Source: an uncultured Clostridium sp. (GTDB lineage Bacteria > Bacillota > Clostridia > TANB77 > CAG-465). From it: 64,000 bases of DNA. The stretch is from positions 21 to 64,020 of the forward strand of contig CAOKPF010000003.1 of assembly GCA_948470565.1 (NCBI GenBank), in the 5' to 3' direction. The position numbers and the translations under genes are program-made. The stretch's first letter is position 1, and every line of letters starts with the position of its first letter. Shown here piece by piece: positions 8,853 to 18,459 of the stretch. Under the pieces are notes generated by a model. The model was not told the DNA's origin, did no database searches, and saw nothing but the letters and a program-made list of their open reading frames with translations.

Positions 8853-11102
8853 TTAATTTTTTGTTATTCTTTTTATTCTTTCAAACAAAACTTGTGATTC
8901 TTGATGTTCACGTCTTCCACACTGAGGACATACTCCATCAATTACTCCTGTATATCCACAAACTGGATCTCTATCTACTGGATGGTTAACAGAACCATAA
9001 CCAATACCAGATTCTTTCATACATCTTACAATCTGTTCAAATGCTTCTAAATTTTGAGTAGGATCACCATCTAATTCAACATAACTAATATGACCTCCAT
9101 TAGTAAGATTATGATATGGAGCCTCTCTCTTTATCTTTTCAAAAGCATTTATATTGTAATATACTGGCACATGGAAAGAATTTGTATAATAATATCTATC
9201 TGTTACTCCTTCAATTTTTCCAAATTTCTTTCTATCCATTTTTACAAATCTTCCAGATAATCCCTCTGCTGGTGTTGCAATTAAAGAAAAATTAAGTCCT
9301 GTTTTTTTACTTGCCTCATCTACTCTATCTCTCATATGTCCAATTATTTTTAAGCCTAGTTCCTGCGCTCTTTTGCTTTCACCATGATGCTCACCAATAA
9401 GAACTTTCAAAGTTTCTGCAAGCCCAATGAAACCAACTGTTAAAGTACCATGTTTTAACACTTCTCTTACTTCATCATTAGGTTTTAATTTCTCTGAATC
9501 TAACCATACACCTTGTTGCATTAAAAATGGATAATTCATTGCTTTTTTACGAGATTGGATTTCTAACCTATCAAGTAATTGTTCTTCTACTAAATCAATT
9601 TTTTCATCTAAGAGTTCAAAGAATTTATCAATATCATTATGTGCTAATATACCAAGTCTTGGTAAATTAATAGATGTAAAGCTCAAATTTCCTCTACCAC
9701 TTGTAATTTCTCTTGTCTTATCATAATTATTTGCCATAACTCTAGTTCTACAACCCATATATGAAATTTCAGAATTATAGTCACCAGGTCTATAATATTG
9801 CAAATTAAAAGGTGCATCTATAAATGAGAAATTAGGAAATAATCTTTTAGCAGAAACTCTACATGCAAGTTTAAAAATATCATAATTTGGATCTCCTACA
9901 TTATAGTTAATTCCCTCTTTTATTTTAAGTATTTGAATTGGGAAAATTGGAGTTTCACCATTTCCAAGTCCTGCCTCAGTAGCATATAACAACTCTTCCA
10001 TAACCATTCTACCCTCAGGAGTAGTATCTAAACCATAATTTATACTACTAAATGGTACTTGTGCACCAGCACGAGAATGCATAGTATTTAGATTATGTAT
10101 AAAGCCTTCCATTGCTTGGTATGTAGCTTTTCTTGTTTCTTCCTCTGTGTGCTTTCTTACAAATTCTTGAATTTTATTTACAGTCTTTTCATCATAATCT
10201 TTTAATAATTCACGTCTCTCTTCTCTTAAATAATTGTTAGTATCTTTTAATGTAGCATCTAAATCTTTGTTATATTTTATACCATAAACAATATTTTTAG
10301 CATAGCTTTGGGCATCTTTCCTATCTACAAGAAGTTCTAATGCTTTTATCAAATTATTTAAATGCTCTCTTCTATATGTTTTTCTAACTCCAAGCGACAT
10401 AGCATATTCAAAATTAGGAATACTTTGACCACCATGTTGATCATTTTGATTTGACTGAATTGCAATCGCAGCTAAAGCTGCATAGCTTCCTATTGACTGT
10501 GGTTCTCTTAAATGTCCCTCACCAGTACAAAAGCCACCTTTAAATAATTTTATCAAGTCAATTTGACAACAAGTTGTAGTAAGTGTTAAAAAGTCCAAAT
10601 CATGTATATGTATATCACCATTTAAATGAGCTTCAGAATGCTCTTTTTTTAATACAAACATCTGATAAAATTTCTTTGCACCCTCACTACCATATTTTAG
10701 CATTGTTCCCATTGCAGTATCAGCATTTACATTTGCATTTTCTCTTTTAATATTGCTATCTTTAGAATCTGAAAATGTAAGTTGTTCAAAAGTTTTCATA
10801 ATCTCAGAATTCATATCTCTATGCCTTGTTCTATCAGCTCTATACAGTATGTATGCTTTAGCAGTAGATGCTTTTCCCTCTTCTATTAGTACGTGTTCAA
10901 CTGCATCTTGAACCTGTTCAACAGTAGGATAATCTATTTTCATATTCTCCTCTACATATTGGCAAACTTTTTCAGCAAGTAATGTTGCCTCTTCATAGTT
11001 TTTTCCACCAATAGATTTTGCAGCTCTGTAAATTGCTTTTGCAATTTTTTCTACATTAAATGGAACTTTTCTTCCATCTCTTTTTACTATCATCGTAATC
11101 AA
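8853..11102 (-). CDS. nrdD: anaerobic ribonucleoside-triphosphate reductase large chain, lacking the glycyl-radical end
   Basis: ATP-cone start MIVKRDGRKVPF, class III RNR body, zinc-ribbon CPQCG, ends ...FERIKRITKN then TAA TAA. Start is ambiguous: TTG 11102 has the best SD spacing; alternatives are ATG 11093 and GTG 11126. Confidence 0.9.
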   Translation of the reverse strand: MITMIVKRDGRKVPFNVEKIAKAIYRAAKSIGGKNYEEATLLAEKVCQYVEENMKIDYPTVEQVQDAVEHVLIEEGKASTAKAYILYRADRTRHRDMNSEIMKTFEQLTFSDSKDSNIKRENANVNADTAMGTMLKYGSEGAKKFYQMFVLKKEHSEAHLNGDIHIHDLDFLTLTTTCCQIDLIKLFKGGFCTGEGHLREPQSIGSYAALAAIAIQSNQNDQHGGQSIPNFEYAMSLGVRKTYRREHLNNLIKALELLVDRKDAQSYAKNIVYGIKYNKDLDATLKDTNNYLREERRELLKDYDEKTVNKIQEFVRKHTEEETRKATYQAMEGFIHNLNTMHSRAGAQVPFSSINYGLDTTPEGRMVMEELLYATEAGLGNGETPIFPIQILKIKEGINYNVGDPNYDIFKLACRVSAKRLFPNFSFIDAPFNLQYYRPGDYNSEISYMGCRTRVMANNYDKTREITSGRGNLSFTSINLPRLGILAHNDIDKFFELLDEKIDLVEEQLLDRLEIQSRKKAMNYPFLMQQGVWLDSEKLKPNDEVREVLKHGTLTVGFIGLAETLKVLIGEHHGESKRAQELGLKIIGHMRDRVDEASKKTGLNFSLIATPAEGLSGRFVKMDRKKFGKIEGVTDRYYYTNSFHVPVYYNINAFEKIKREAPYHNLTNGGHISYVELDGDPTQNLEAFEQIVRCMKESGIGYGSVNHPVDRDPVCGYTGVIDGVCPQCGRREHQESQVLFERIKRITKN

Positions 11103-11138
11103 AACGATACCACCCCTTGTATTCACTCATCTAGCAAA

Positions 11139-11154
11139 ACACAATATATTGTGT
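11139..11154. promoter_or_regulatory. NrdR box
   Basis: Perfect 16-bp palindrome acacaatatattgtgt just downstream of the nrdD -10 element. Confidence 0.8.
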
Positions 11155-11167
11155 TTCAACAATTGCT

Positions 11168-11196
11168 ATTATACCATTACCAAAAATTAATGTCAA
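11168..11196 (-). promoter_or_regulatory. sigma-A type promoter of the nrd operon
   Basis: Minus strand TTGACA, 17 nt, TATAAT (tgtcaa 11191-11196, attata 11168-11173). Confidence 0.65.
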
Positions 11197-11369
11197 TACT
11201 TTTCGACAAAAAAAATCAATAAAAAATATGGCAAATTTTTACATATTTTAAGCCATATTTTTACAATGTTTTGCACCATAACAGATCCAAAATTTTAATA
11301 CTACATAAATGTTTTACATATATATTTTACATATATAATTATAAAATGATTTTTTCCAAAAATTACATT

Positions 11370-12539
11370 TTATAGTGTACTTCTTTCTTTAAACATATTT
11401 AAAAGTCCCTCTTTTATGTAATCATATACTGTCTTTTTGTAAATGTCCTCTTCTAATAAGACTTCTTTTTCATAAATTATTTCTTCATCAATATACACTT
11501 TTATATCACCAATTTTTGTTCCCTTTTGCATTGGTGGTTCTATATTTTCTATAATATCCTGTTTTATATATATACTATCATATTCTTCTTGGGTAAGTGG
11601 CAATACTAATGTATCAGACATCTTTCTTTCATAATATTTAATATTTCCTTTATACACAGGTATTTTTATATAAAAGTTTAAATACTTAGATATATCCATA
11701 TAATTATATTTTGCAAAACACGCCTCTAATAATTCTTTAGCCTCACCAAATCTTAACTGTGTAGTTTCTGCTCCAAGTATTACAGAGATAAATCTTTTAT
11801 CAGATTTTGTAGCAGATGCAATTAAGCACCTATTAGCACCATTTGTAAAACCTGTTTTTACTCCATCTGCATAATCATAAGTTCTAAGCAAGGCATTAGT
11901 ATTTTTAAGAAGTTTAGAAAATGAACCAAAATTAATAGTAGCCGTATTGGTATTTACAGCCTCATTAATATATTTATTATTTAGAGCATATCTAGCAATT
12001 AGTGCCATGTCTTTAGCAGTTGAGTAATGCTCTTCATTATCAAGTCCATGTGGATTAGCAAATTTGGTATTTAATGCCCCTATACTTCTTGCTTTATTTG
12101 TCATCATTACTGCAAAATTTTCTATACTCCCACCAATATGAAAACCTACTGTATATGCACAATCATTTCCAGATGGGAGCAACATTCCATAAAGTAAGCT
12201 TTTTGCAGTTACCATATCACCTTTTTTTAATCCAACTGTTGACCCACCTATCCAAGTTGCATCTGCTGGTACTTCTATTTGTTCAGACATATCACAACTT
12301 TCTACAAGCATAATTGATGTCATAACTTTAGTAAGAGATGCTATTTTTCTTTGTTCATCTGCATTTTTATCATATAACACTCTACCTGTATTATAATCTA
12401 TTACTACTGCTGCTAGAGATGATATATCTAAAAAATTCTTATCCTCGGCTGCAAACACTCCTACATTAAGTATACATATTTCTATAAAGTACAAAATTAA
12501 AATATTACTAACTATAATTTTAAAATATTTATTCCTCAT
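11370..12539 (-). CDS. D-alanyl-D-alanine carboxypeptidase (S11 low-MW PBP), second copy
   Basis: 389 aa; SLTK, SGND, KTGFT motifs, N-terminal TM segment. Confidence 0.9.
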   Translation of the reverse strand: MRNKYFKIIVSNILILYFIEICILNVGVFAAEDKNFLDISSLAAVVIDYNTGRVLYDKNADEQRKIASLTKVMTSIMLVESCDMSEQIEVPADATWIGGSTVGLKKGDMVTAKSLLYGMLLPSGNDCAYTVGFHIGGSIENFAVMMTNKARSIGALNTKFANPHGLDNEEHYSTAKDMALIARYALNNKYINEAVNTNTATINFGSFSKLLKNTNALLRTYDYADGVKTGFTNGANRCLIASATKSDKRFISVILGAETTQLRFGEAKELLEACFAKYNYMDISKYLNFYIKIPVYKGNIKYYERKMSDTLVLPLTQEEYDSIYIKQDIIENIEPPMQKGTKIGDIKVYIDEEIIYEKEVLLEEDIYKKTVYDYIKEGLLNMFKERSTL

Positions 12540-12661
12540 ATAAACTACCTCATAAAATTATATGTAAAATTTTCATTTTGTATGAGATTAAATGAGAAAA
12601 ATGCAGATACTATTTCTAATATTTGCATTTATTATATACTCAAATTTTATAAATTAAAAAG

Positions 12662-14062
12662 TCAATATGGTATAAAATATATGTCACCCTCTTTTTTATA
12701 AATATCTTTTGTAATAATAATACCATATTTTGTTTTACCAATCTTATTATCTTTATTACTTTCAACAAATTTTTTTATAACAGCTACATCAGACTTTTCT
12801 ATTTTGTTTGTGTATTTTACTTCTATTGGAATAATATCTATTTTTCTATCTAATATTATATCTATTTCCTCTTTTTTAGAATTTCTATAATAATATTCAT
12901 TATAGTTTTCTCTCTCACATATAAGGCGTATATCAAAATCAACCATAGATTCTATAATATGACCTGCTTCATTAGAATTAATTTCTTTTTTCTTTAAAAG
13001 ACTATTACAAATTCCATTATCCAATATACTTAATTTTTTGTTTGATCTTATTATTTTGCCAATATTGGTAGAATAATTTTCTAATACATTTATTAAAAAA
13101 GCCTGCTTTAAATAACCTATATAACTTATTAATGTTACAGTATCTATACCAAAATTTTTAGTCATTCCACTATATGAAAATGTTTGAGAATTATTATCTG
13201 CAATATAGTACATTAGATTTTCTAAAATTTTAGGACTTTTTATATTATACATTATTAGTATATCTTTATAAATTCCTCTTGTAATAATATCATCTGCTAA
13301 GTGTCTTTGCCAGATGCTAAGATTTTTTTCTTCAAAATATTCTGTATATCCACCTACCAATATGTACTTATTTAATATATCTTGAACTATTAATTTTAAC
13401 TCTTCGTTGTAATATATATATTCTAAATTTTTAAAACTTATTTCTGGACTATCAATATCAAATTTAGGTAAAATAATATCTTCCTTTTTTGAAGAATATG
13501 TCATATAAAAATTTAAAAACTGGTTAAATGTTAATGGCAGTACATATATATTTTCAATTCTTCCAAGTAATGATTCATTTGCATCTTTGAATAGATGAAT
13601 AAATGATGAACCTGTTACTATAAATTTGATATTATATTTTCTGTCAAAACAAATCTTCAAATAATTTTGCCAGTTTTTTATAAAATGAATCTCATCAATG
13701 AAAATATATACTTTTGAATGTAAGTTTGGCATACTTTCCATTAAAATTTCTTTAAAATATAATTCTATTATATCTGATAATTTATTGCTTTCATCAAAAA
13801 ACAAACTAGGATCATCGCCACTAAAAAATAATATTCTTTTACTATCTATATTTTTTACTTCTAACAAATAATTTATTACTTGGAAAATCAAAGTTGATTT
13901 TCCAACTCCACTAGATCCAATAATACTTAAAATTCTTTTTTCTTCTATTTTATCTATAATACTATAAAATTCTTCCCTCTTTCTTGATTGTAAAAATTGA
14001 TCGCTTATTTTTTCACTATTCCACCATATATTATTTGAAATTAAACTTTGCTTTATATCCAT
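12662..14062 (-). CDS. P-loop ATPase, AAA_14 + DUF4143 architecture
   Basis: 466 aa; Walker A GSSGVGKST, Walker B IFIDEIH, C-terminal EIDIILD...PIEVK nuclease-like core. Confidence 0.85.
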   Translation of the reverse strand: MDIKQSLISNNIWWNSEKISDQFLQSRKREEFYSIIDKIEEKRILSIIGSSGVGKSTLIFQVINYLLEVKNIDSKRILFFSGDDPSLFFDESNKLSDIIELYFKEILMESMPNLHSKVYIFIDEIHFIKNWQNYLKICFDRKYNIKFIVTGSSFIHLFKDANESLLGRIENIYVLPLTFNQFLNFYMTYSSKKEDIILPKFDIDSPEISFKNLEYIYYNEELKLIVQDILNKYILVGGYTEYFEEKNLSIWQRHLADDIITRGIYKDILIMYNIKSPKILENLMYYIADNNSQTFSYSGMTKNFGIDTVTLISYIGYLKQAFLINVLENYSTNIGKIIRSNKKLSILDNGICNSLLKKKEINSNEAGHIIESMVDFDIRLICERENYNEYYYRNSKKEEIDIILDRKIDIIPIEVKYTNKIEKSDVAVIKKFVESNKDNKIGKTKYGIIITKDIYKKEGDIYFIPY

Positions 14063-14207
14063 TTTTTACTCCTTCTTAATACATTTCTATTTATATTACA
14101 TTATTTTAACAACAACATTCAAGAAAAATATACAATAGTGTAAATTTTAGTATTTTTATGGTCAGGGGAAATTCATGAAATTTTCCCTGTTTTATGGTAA
14201 ACTAATA

Positions 14208-14236
14208 TTGACAAATAAAAATAAGTATTGTATAAT
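14208..14236 (+). promoter_or_regulatory. consensus sigma-A promoter driving a small non-coding transcript
   Basis: TTGACA (14208-14213), 17 nt, TATAAT (14231-14236); no ORF follows. Confidence 0.6.
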
Positions 14237-14242
14237 GTAAAT

Positions 14243-14360
14243 AACAAATAGGAAGTAAGTTACTTTGTATTTTTTTCTTCTATTTGTATTGAGTTAAAAT
14301 TATAATGTTATACATTGATAATCGAGGAGATAAAAGGCGAATTTTATCTTCTCATTTTTA
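14243..14360 (+). ncRNA. candidate ~118-nt sRNA (putative type I antitoxin)
   Basis: Bounded by the consensus promoter and a 12-bp-stem terminator (gaggagataaaa/ttttatcttctc + T-run, 14324-14360). Nt 14294-14323 are complementary to the start region of the adjacent peptide mRNA. Confidence 0.45.
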
Positions 14361-14392
14361 TGTATAAGATATAAGAAAATGAATAAAATAAT

Positions 14393-14420
14393 AATGACCC
14401 GTGGGCGAACACAGGTCATT
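14393..14420 (-). terminator. hairpin terminator after the small peptide ORF
   Basis: aatgacc c gtg ggcgaa cac a ggtcatt stem-loop 4 nt after the TAG, followed on the minus strand by a U-rich stretch. Confidence 0.5.
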
Positions 14421-14424
14421 AGAG

Positions 14425-14493
14425 CTAGTTGTCTTTACGTAATTCTTTTATAAGAATAATTAAAACAACTATAAAAATTATAACGTCATACAA
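14425..14493 (-). CDS. candidate 22-aa hydrophobic type I toxin-like peptide
   Basis: TTG start 6 nt after GGAGGTGA. Peptide MYDVIIFIVVLIILIKELRKDN has a TM helix plus a charged tail. Own promoter, SD-sequestering hairpin and terminator. Confidence 0.45.
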   Translation of the reverse strand: MYDVIIFIVVLIILIKELRKDN

Positions 14494-14497
14494 TGAT

Positions 14498-14520
14498 ATC
14501 ACCTCCTTTCGGATGGTGAT
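14498..14520 (-). promoter_or_regulatory. SD-sequestering 5' UTR hairpin
   Basis: Minus strand AUCACCAUCC-GAAA-GGAGGUGAU: 9-bp stem (one bulged A) with GAAA tetraloop enclosing the whole SD. Confidence 0.55.
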
Positions 14521-14523
14521 TTT

Positions 14524-14552
14524 ATTATACCAAATAAATTAATAAAAAACAA
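14524..14552 (-). promoter_or_regulatory. promoter of the small peptide mRNA
   Basis: Minus strand TTGTTT, 17 nt, TATAAT (attata 14524-14529). Confidence 0.5.
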
Positions 14553-14619
14553 TAGAGTTGAACAATAGTGGAGATAAGCTTTGTCGAATTAAATATATAA
14601 AATTACAACACAAATACTA

Positions 14620-15450
14620 TTATTTATTTTTAAAAGCTTCATATAATATAATTCCAGTAGCTACACCTACATTTAATGATTCTGCTGTATTAGACATTGG
14701 TATTTTTACAATCTCATCACACATTTCTAATATCTCATTACTTACACCATTTGCCTCATTTCCAACAACAAAAGCATACTTTCCATTTAAATCTATTTCA
14801 TTTATATATCTATTTGTATCTAAAGATGTGCCTATTACTTTCTTTCCACTTTTTTTTATAGTCTCAAATACAGGTTCTATATTATTTCCAGCCACATAAA
14901 CTATTTTCTGCCTTAATATAGCTGCCATAGTAGCTCTTAATACTTTTGGTGAATATACGTCTGCTGTTCCATTAATACATATAATTGTATTAACTAAAAA
15001 AGCGTTTGCACTTCTAATTATAGTACCTATATTTCCTAAATCTTGTACTTTATCAAGTATCAAAATATTAGAACTTTTATTATCTATAATCACATCTTCT
15101 ACTTCATATTTAGGTATTTTTAACACTGCAAGTATTCCTTGTGGTGTAATTGTATCTGTTACATATTCTAATACTTTATCTGATAACTCTACAAATTCTA
15201 TGTTGGTATTTTTATCATTTCTAAACTTATCTATTCTATCTAATATTTGTCTACCACCATTCAAATTTTCTAGTATAGTTTTAGAATAAGCGATAAACAC
15301 AATGTCTATCGCTTCTTTTAAATCTAAAATTTCATTTACAACTTTTATCCCCTCTAAATAATATGAATTATATTTTAATCTATTCTTTTTTTCATTAAGG
15401 GATTTTATATATTTAACTTTTGGATTAGTTTTACTAACTATAATATCCAT
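14620..15450 (-). CDS. TrmH/SpoU family RNA 2'-O-methyltransferase
   Basis: 276 aa; LDKVQDLGNIGTIIRSANAF and C-terminal SLNVGVATGI SPOUT motifs. Confidence 0.85.
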   Translation of the reverse strand: MDIIVSKTNPKVKYIKSLNEKKNRLKYNSYYLEGIKVVNEILDLKEAIDIVFIAYSKTILENLNGGRQILDRIDKFRNDKNTNIEFVELSDKVLEYVTDTITPQGILAVLKIPKYEVEDVIIDNKSSNILILDKVQDLGNIGTIIRSANAFLVNTIICINGTADVYSPKVLRATMAAILRQKIVYVAGNNIEPVFETIKKSGKKVIGTSLDTNRYINEIDLNGKYAFVVGNEANGVSNEILEMCDEIVKIPMSNTAESLNVGVATGIILYEAFKNK

Positions 15451-15452
15451 TA

Positions 15453-16607
15453 TTACTCACCAGCTGTTGTACCTTGATCTGAATTTTGTTCTGTTGAAGT
15501 ATTATCAGTAGATGTTTCACCATTATTTTCTGTATTATCCTCAGTTTTATTTTCATCACTGTTTTGTTCATCATCTTTTTCTATTGCTTTTCCTGTAATT
15601 TGTTCTACAATTTTTGAAAGTCCATCTTCATCTACATTAACATTATATTCATTTGCCATATCATTAATTTTATCATTTACAAAATCTTCAACTTCTGATG
15701 AATTTTTAGATCTTCCATTTTCTACAATATTATTTAATTTTATTATATGGTAACCTGCAGATGATTCAACAAGTGTTGGATGAATTTGTCCTACACTTAA
15801 AGTTGCTACTGCTGAAGAATACTCAGTAAACGTATTTCCATCCATATACATTGTATATTGACCACCGTTACTAGCAGTACCATCTTCAGAATTTTCCTTT
15901 GCTAATGTAGCAAAATCCTCACCAGCTAAAGCCCTTTGTAAAATACCTTGTGCTTTTTCATATACTGCTGCTTTTTGTTCATCTGTCATAGCTGAATTTG
16001 TTGAGCTATCAGTAGTTTTAAACAAGATATGACTAGTATCATATTCGTTATAATCAGCGTCTTCACCATATATATTTTTAATATACGCTAAAACTTCGTC
16101 AGAATTTGCTTCTTCTTTCATTTTATTAATATATGCTTCTATTGTATAATCATTATAATATAACTGTTTCATTTTACTTATGTCTATACCTTCTTTTACA
16201 TAAGTTTCAACTGTTTCCTCATTTTGGAATATTTCATCAACTGATTTTTTGTCTTCATCAGATAAAGTAACACCTGACTCATTAGCTTTCATTAATAGTA
16301 TTTTATCAAGTGCTGCTTTATTTGCTATTTGTTCTGGTATTATAGATTCTGGATATCCATAATATTGTAACATTGGAGCAAACACTTTATAATATATAGT
16401 AAATTCAGAATTAGTAACTTTTCCACCATCAAATGTTATTGCACTTTTTAGATTTGTATTATAATAAAATACACCAAATAAAGTTCCTGCTAAAATAATA
16501 ACTACTGCTATGATAGAAATAATAATTATTTTGTCACTACCAGGTTTTCTCATCTTTTTTGCAACATCTTTTTCAATTATTGCCTCATTTTTTTGTTCCA
16601 TTTCCAT
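15453..16607 (-). CDS. PrsA/SurA-like parvulin peptidyl-prolyl isomerase, membrane anchored
   Basis: TM segment, SHILFK...GYHIIKL parvulin motifs. Start moved to ATG 16607 behind the GGAAAAGGGG SD; the ORF track extends to 16691. Confidence 0.8.
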   Translation of the reverse strand: MEMEQKNEAIIEKDVAKKMRKPGSDKIIIISIIAVVIILAGTLFGVFYYNTNLKSAITFDGGKVTNSEFTIYYKVFAPMLQYYGYPESIIPEQIANKAALDKILLMKANESGVTLSDEDKKSVDEIFQNEETVETYVKEGIDISKMKQLYYNDYTIEAYINKMKEEANSDEVLAYIKNIYGEDADYNEYDTSHILFKTTDSSTNSAMTDEQKAAVYEKAQGILQRALAGEDFATLAKENSEDGTASNGGQYTMYMDGNTFTEYSSAVATLSVGQIHPTLVESSAGYHIIKLNNIVENGRSKNSSEVEDFVNDKINDMANEYNVNVDEDGLSKIVEQITGKAIEKDDEQNSDENKTEDNTENNGETSTDNTSTEQNSDQGTTAGE

Positions 16608-16968
16608 TCCCCTTTTCCTCTCTAAATATTTGAAATAATTAAAATTCCAATTGTACGCTATAAGTATATCATTATTGGGTTTGTTTGTCAATGATAAAAT
16701 TAGTTAAAATTACCGTTTTTTCATCAAAAATATTAAATTACTTAACGCAAAGTATTTTTTATCCCAAAAATTTTTAATATCTATTATCTATCATATTCAA
16801 AATTCCAAAGCCAAGGTTTCACATTTATATATATGTATTTTACTATGATAGAACTAACCTATTACAAAAAAGGAGATTATTTTGTTCCTGACATACAATA
16901 ACACTATGATATATATTTATACAAATATAATTCTATCTTAGTACATTTTATACAAAATTCACATTATC

Positions 16969-17574
16969 TTAGATTTTTTTTATAATATAATTAGACCATA
17001 TTGTTCCATTAGTACCTGGTCGATTTGTACTTGGTAATGTTTCAAAATAATCAATTATATCTACATTTAAATTTAATTTATTCAATATTTCTTCCAATTC
17101 TTCTTTTGTTATATAATTATAATATTTCCCTTCTTTAATTTCATATCCACTGCCCTTTTTAAAACAAGTATATATAATTCCATTCTTTTTTAACGCACCA
17201 ACCATTTTTACAATTATATTAGGTAAATTTTCTTTTTCTATATGCAAAATCGATGAACAAGCCCATATTCCCTCATATATTTCTATATCTTTCAAATCTT
17301 CAAATAGCATACATTCAACATCTTGATTTATATAATCAGATGCTATTTTACACATTTCATAAGCTCCATCGATAGCCTTAACCTTATATCCATGTTCAAG
17401 AAAATATTTACTATCTCTACCAGAACCACAGCCAAAATCTAATATGTACGAATTCTTTGGGATTTTACTTAAAAATCTTTCATAATTTTCTTCAAGGTTT
17501 CCTACTCTTGTCTGTTCAAAATATAATTTTGCATTATTATTATAAAATTCTAAATTATCATATTCTTTTTTCAT
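16969..17574 (-). CDS. class I SAM-dependent methyltransferase
   Basis: 201 aa; ILDFGCGSGRD motif I. Confidence 0.8.
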   Translation of the reverse strand: MKKEYDNLEFYNNNAKLYFEQTRVGNLEENYERFLSKIPKNSYILDFGCGSGRDSKYFLEHGYKVKAIDGAYEMCKIASDYINQDVECMLFEDLKDIEIYEGIWACSSILHIEKENLPNIIVKMVGALKKNGIIYTCFKKGSGYEIKEGKYYNYITKEELEEILNKLNLNVDIIDYFETLPSTNRPGTNGTIWSNYIIKKI

Positions 17575-17645
17575 CTAATATTCCTCCAATTTTACTTTTC
17601 ATACTAAAAATTTTATTCTTACAATATTTTAAATTTCTATTATTT

Positions 17646-18380
17646 TTAATATCCTCCATCAATTTTTATTACTTCACCATTTATATATGTGCATTCATCG
17701 CTTGCTAAAAAAGCGACTAAATTTGCTATTTCTATAGGCTCAGCAAATCGTTTTAAATATATTTTTTTAGTTTCTTCATCTACCAATTCCTTTGGCAAAT
17801 CTTTATTCATATCTGTATTTACCCAGCCTGGTGCAATAGAATTTACCATTACATAAGGAGAATATTCTAATGCAAAATTATGTGTTAGCGAAATCACTGC
17901 TGCTTTTGAAGCATCATAGTCAATACTGGTTGGAAAAAAAGAATTTATCCCATTAGTAGATGATATATTTATTATCTTACCTGTCTTATTATTAAACATT
18001 TCTCTTCCAATATATTTTGACATAAGATAAGTTGAATTAATATTATTCTTTATTGTATTATTAAAAATTTCAATTGTCCTCTCCTCTATTTCTAAATCCT
18101 CAACAATAGCTGCATTATTAACTAATAAATCTACCTTCTCAAACTTTTTATTAACTTCATCTAATAACCTTTTTACATCAGCTTCTTCAGAAACATCAGC
18201 CATTATTGAAGTTGAATCTACTCCATATTCTTTTCTTATATAACTTGCAACTGCATTAGCCCTATCTTCATCTTCTCTATCATTTATTACTATATCCCAA
18301 CCATTTTGTGCAAGCTTTTTTGCTATATTTTCTCCTATTCCCCTTCTAGAGCCTGTAACTATTGCAACTTTTCTATTCAT
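17646..18380 (-). CDS. SDR family oxidoreductase (FabG-like)
   Basis: 244 aa; TGSRRGIG cofactor motif, NNAA, YxxxK (YDASK). Confidence 0.85.
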   Translation of the reverse strand: MNRKVAIVTGSRRGIGENIAKKLAQNGWDIVINDREDEDRANAVASYIRKEYGVDSTSIMADVSEEADVKRLLDEVNKKFEKVDLLVNNAAIVEDLEIEERTIEIFNNTIKNNINSTYLMSKYIGREMFNNKTGKIINISSTNGINSFFPTSIDYDASKAAVISLTHNFALEYSPYVMVNSIAPGWVNTDMNKDLPKELVDEETKKIYLKRFAEPIEIANLVAFLASDECTYINGEVIKIDGGY

Positions 18381-18459
18381 AATTTCACCTTCCTATTTAA
18401 TCCACATTTTTTATTACTATTTAATTTGATAATAAATACACTGTTTTTATAAAGCTTAA

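Noticed and set aside
11155-11260. A second NrdR box, expected about 31-32 bp from the first.
   Set aside because: Only one convincing palindrome (11139-11154) is present. Neighbouring sequence shows no acaCwAtATaTwGtgt-like match.
16877-16942. 19-codon plus-strand ORF with an aaggaga SD and TTG start (MFLTYNNTMIYIYTNIILS).
   Set aside because: No promoter or terminator signature, no amphipathic or TM character comparable to the 14.4-kb peptide, and no partner RNA. Likely chance.
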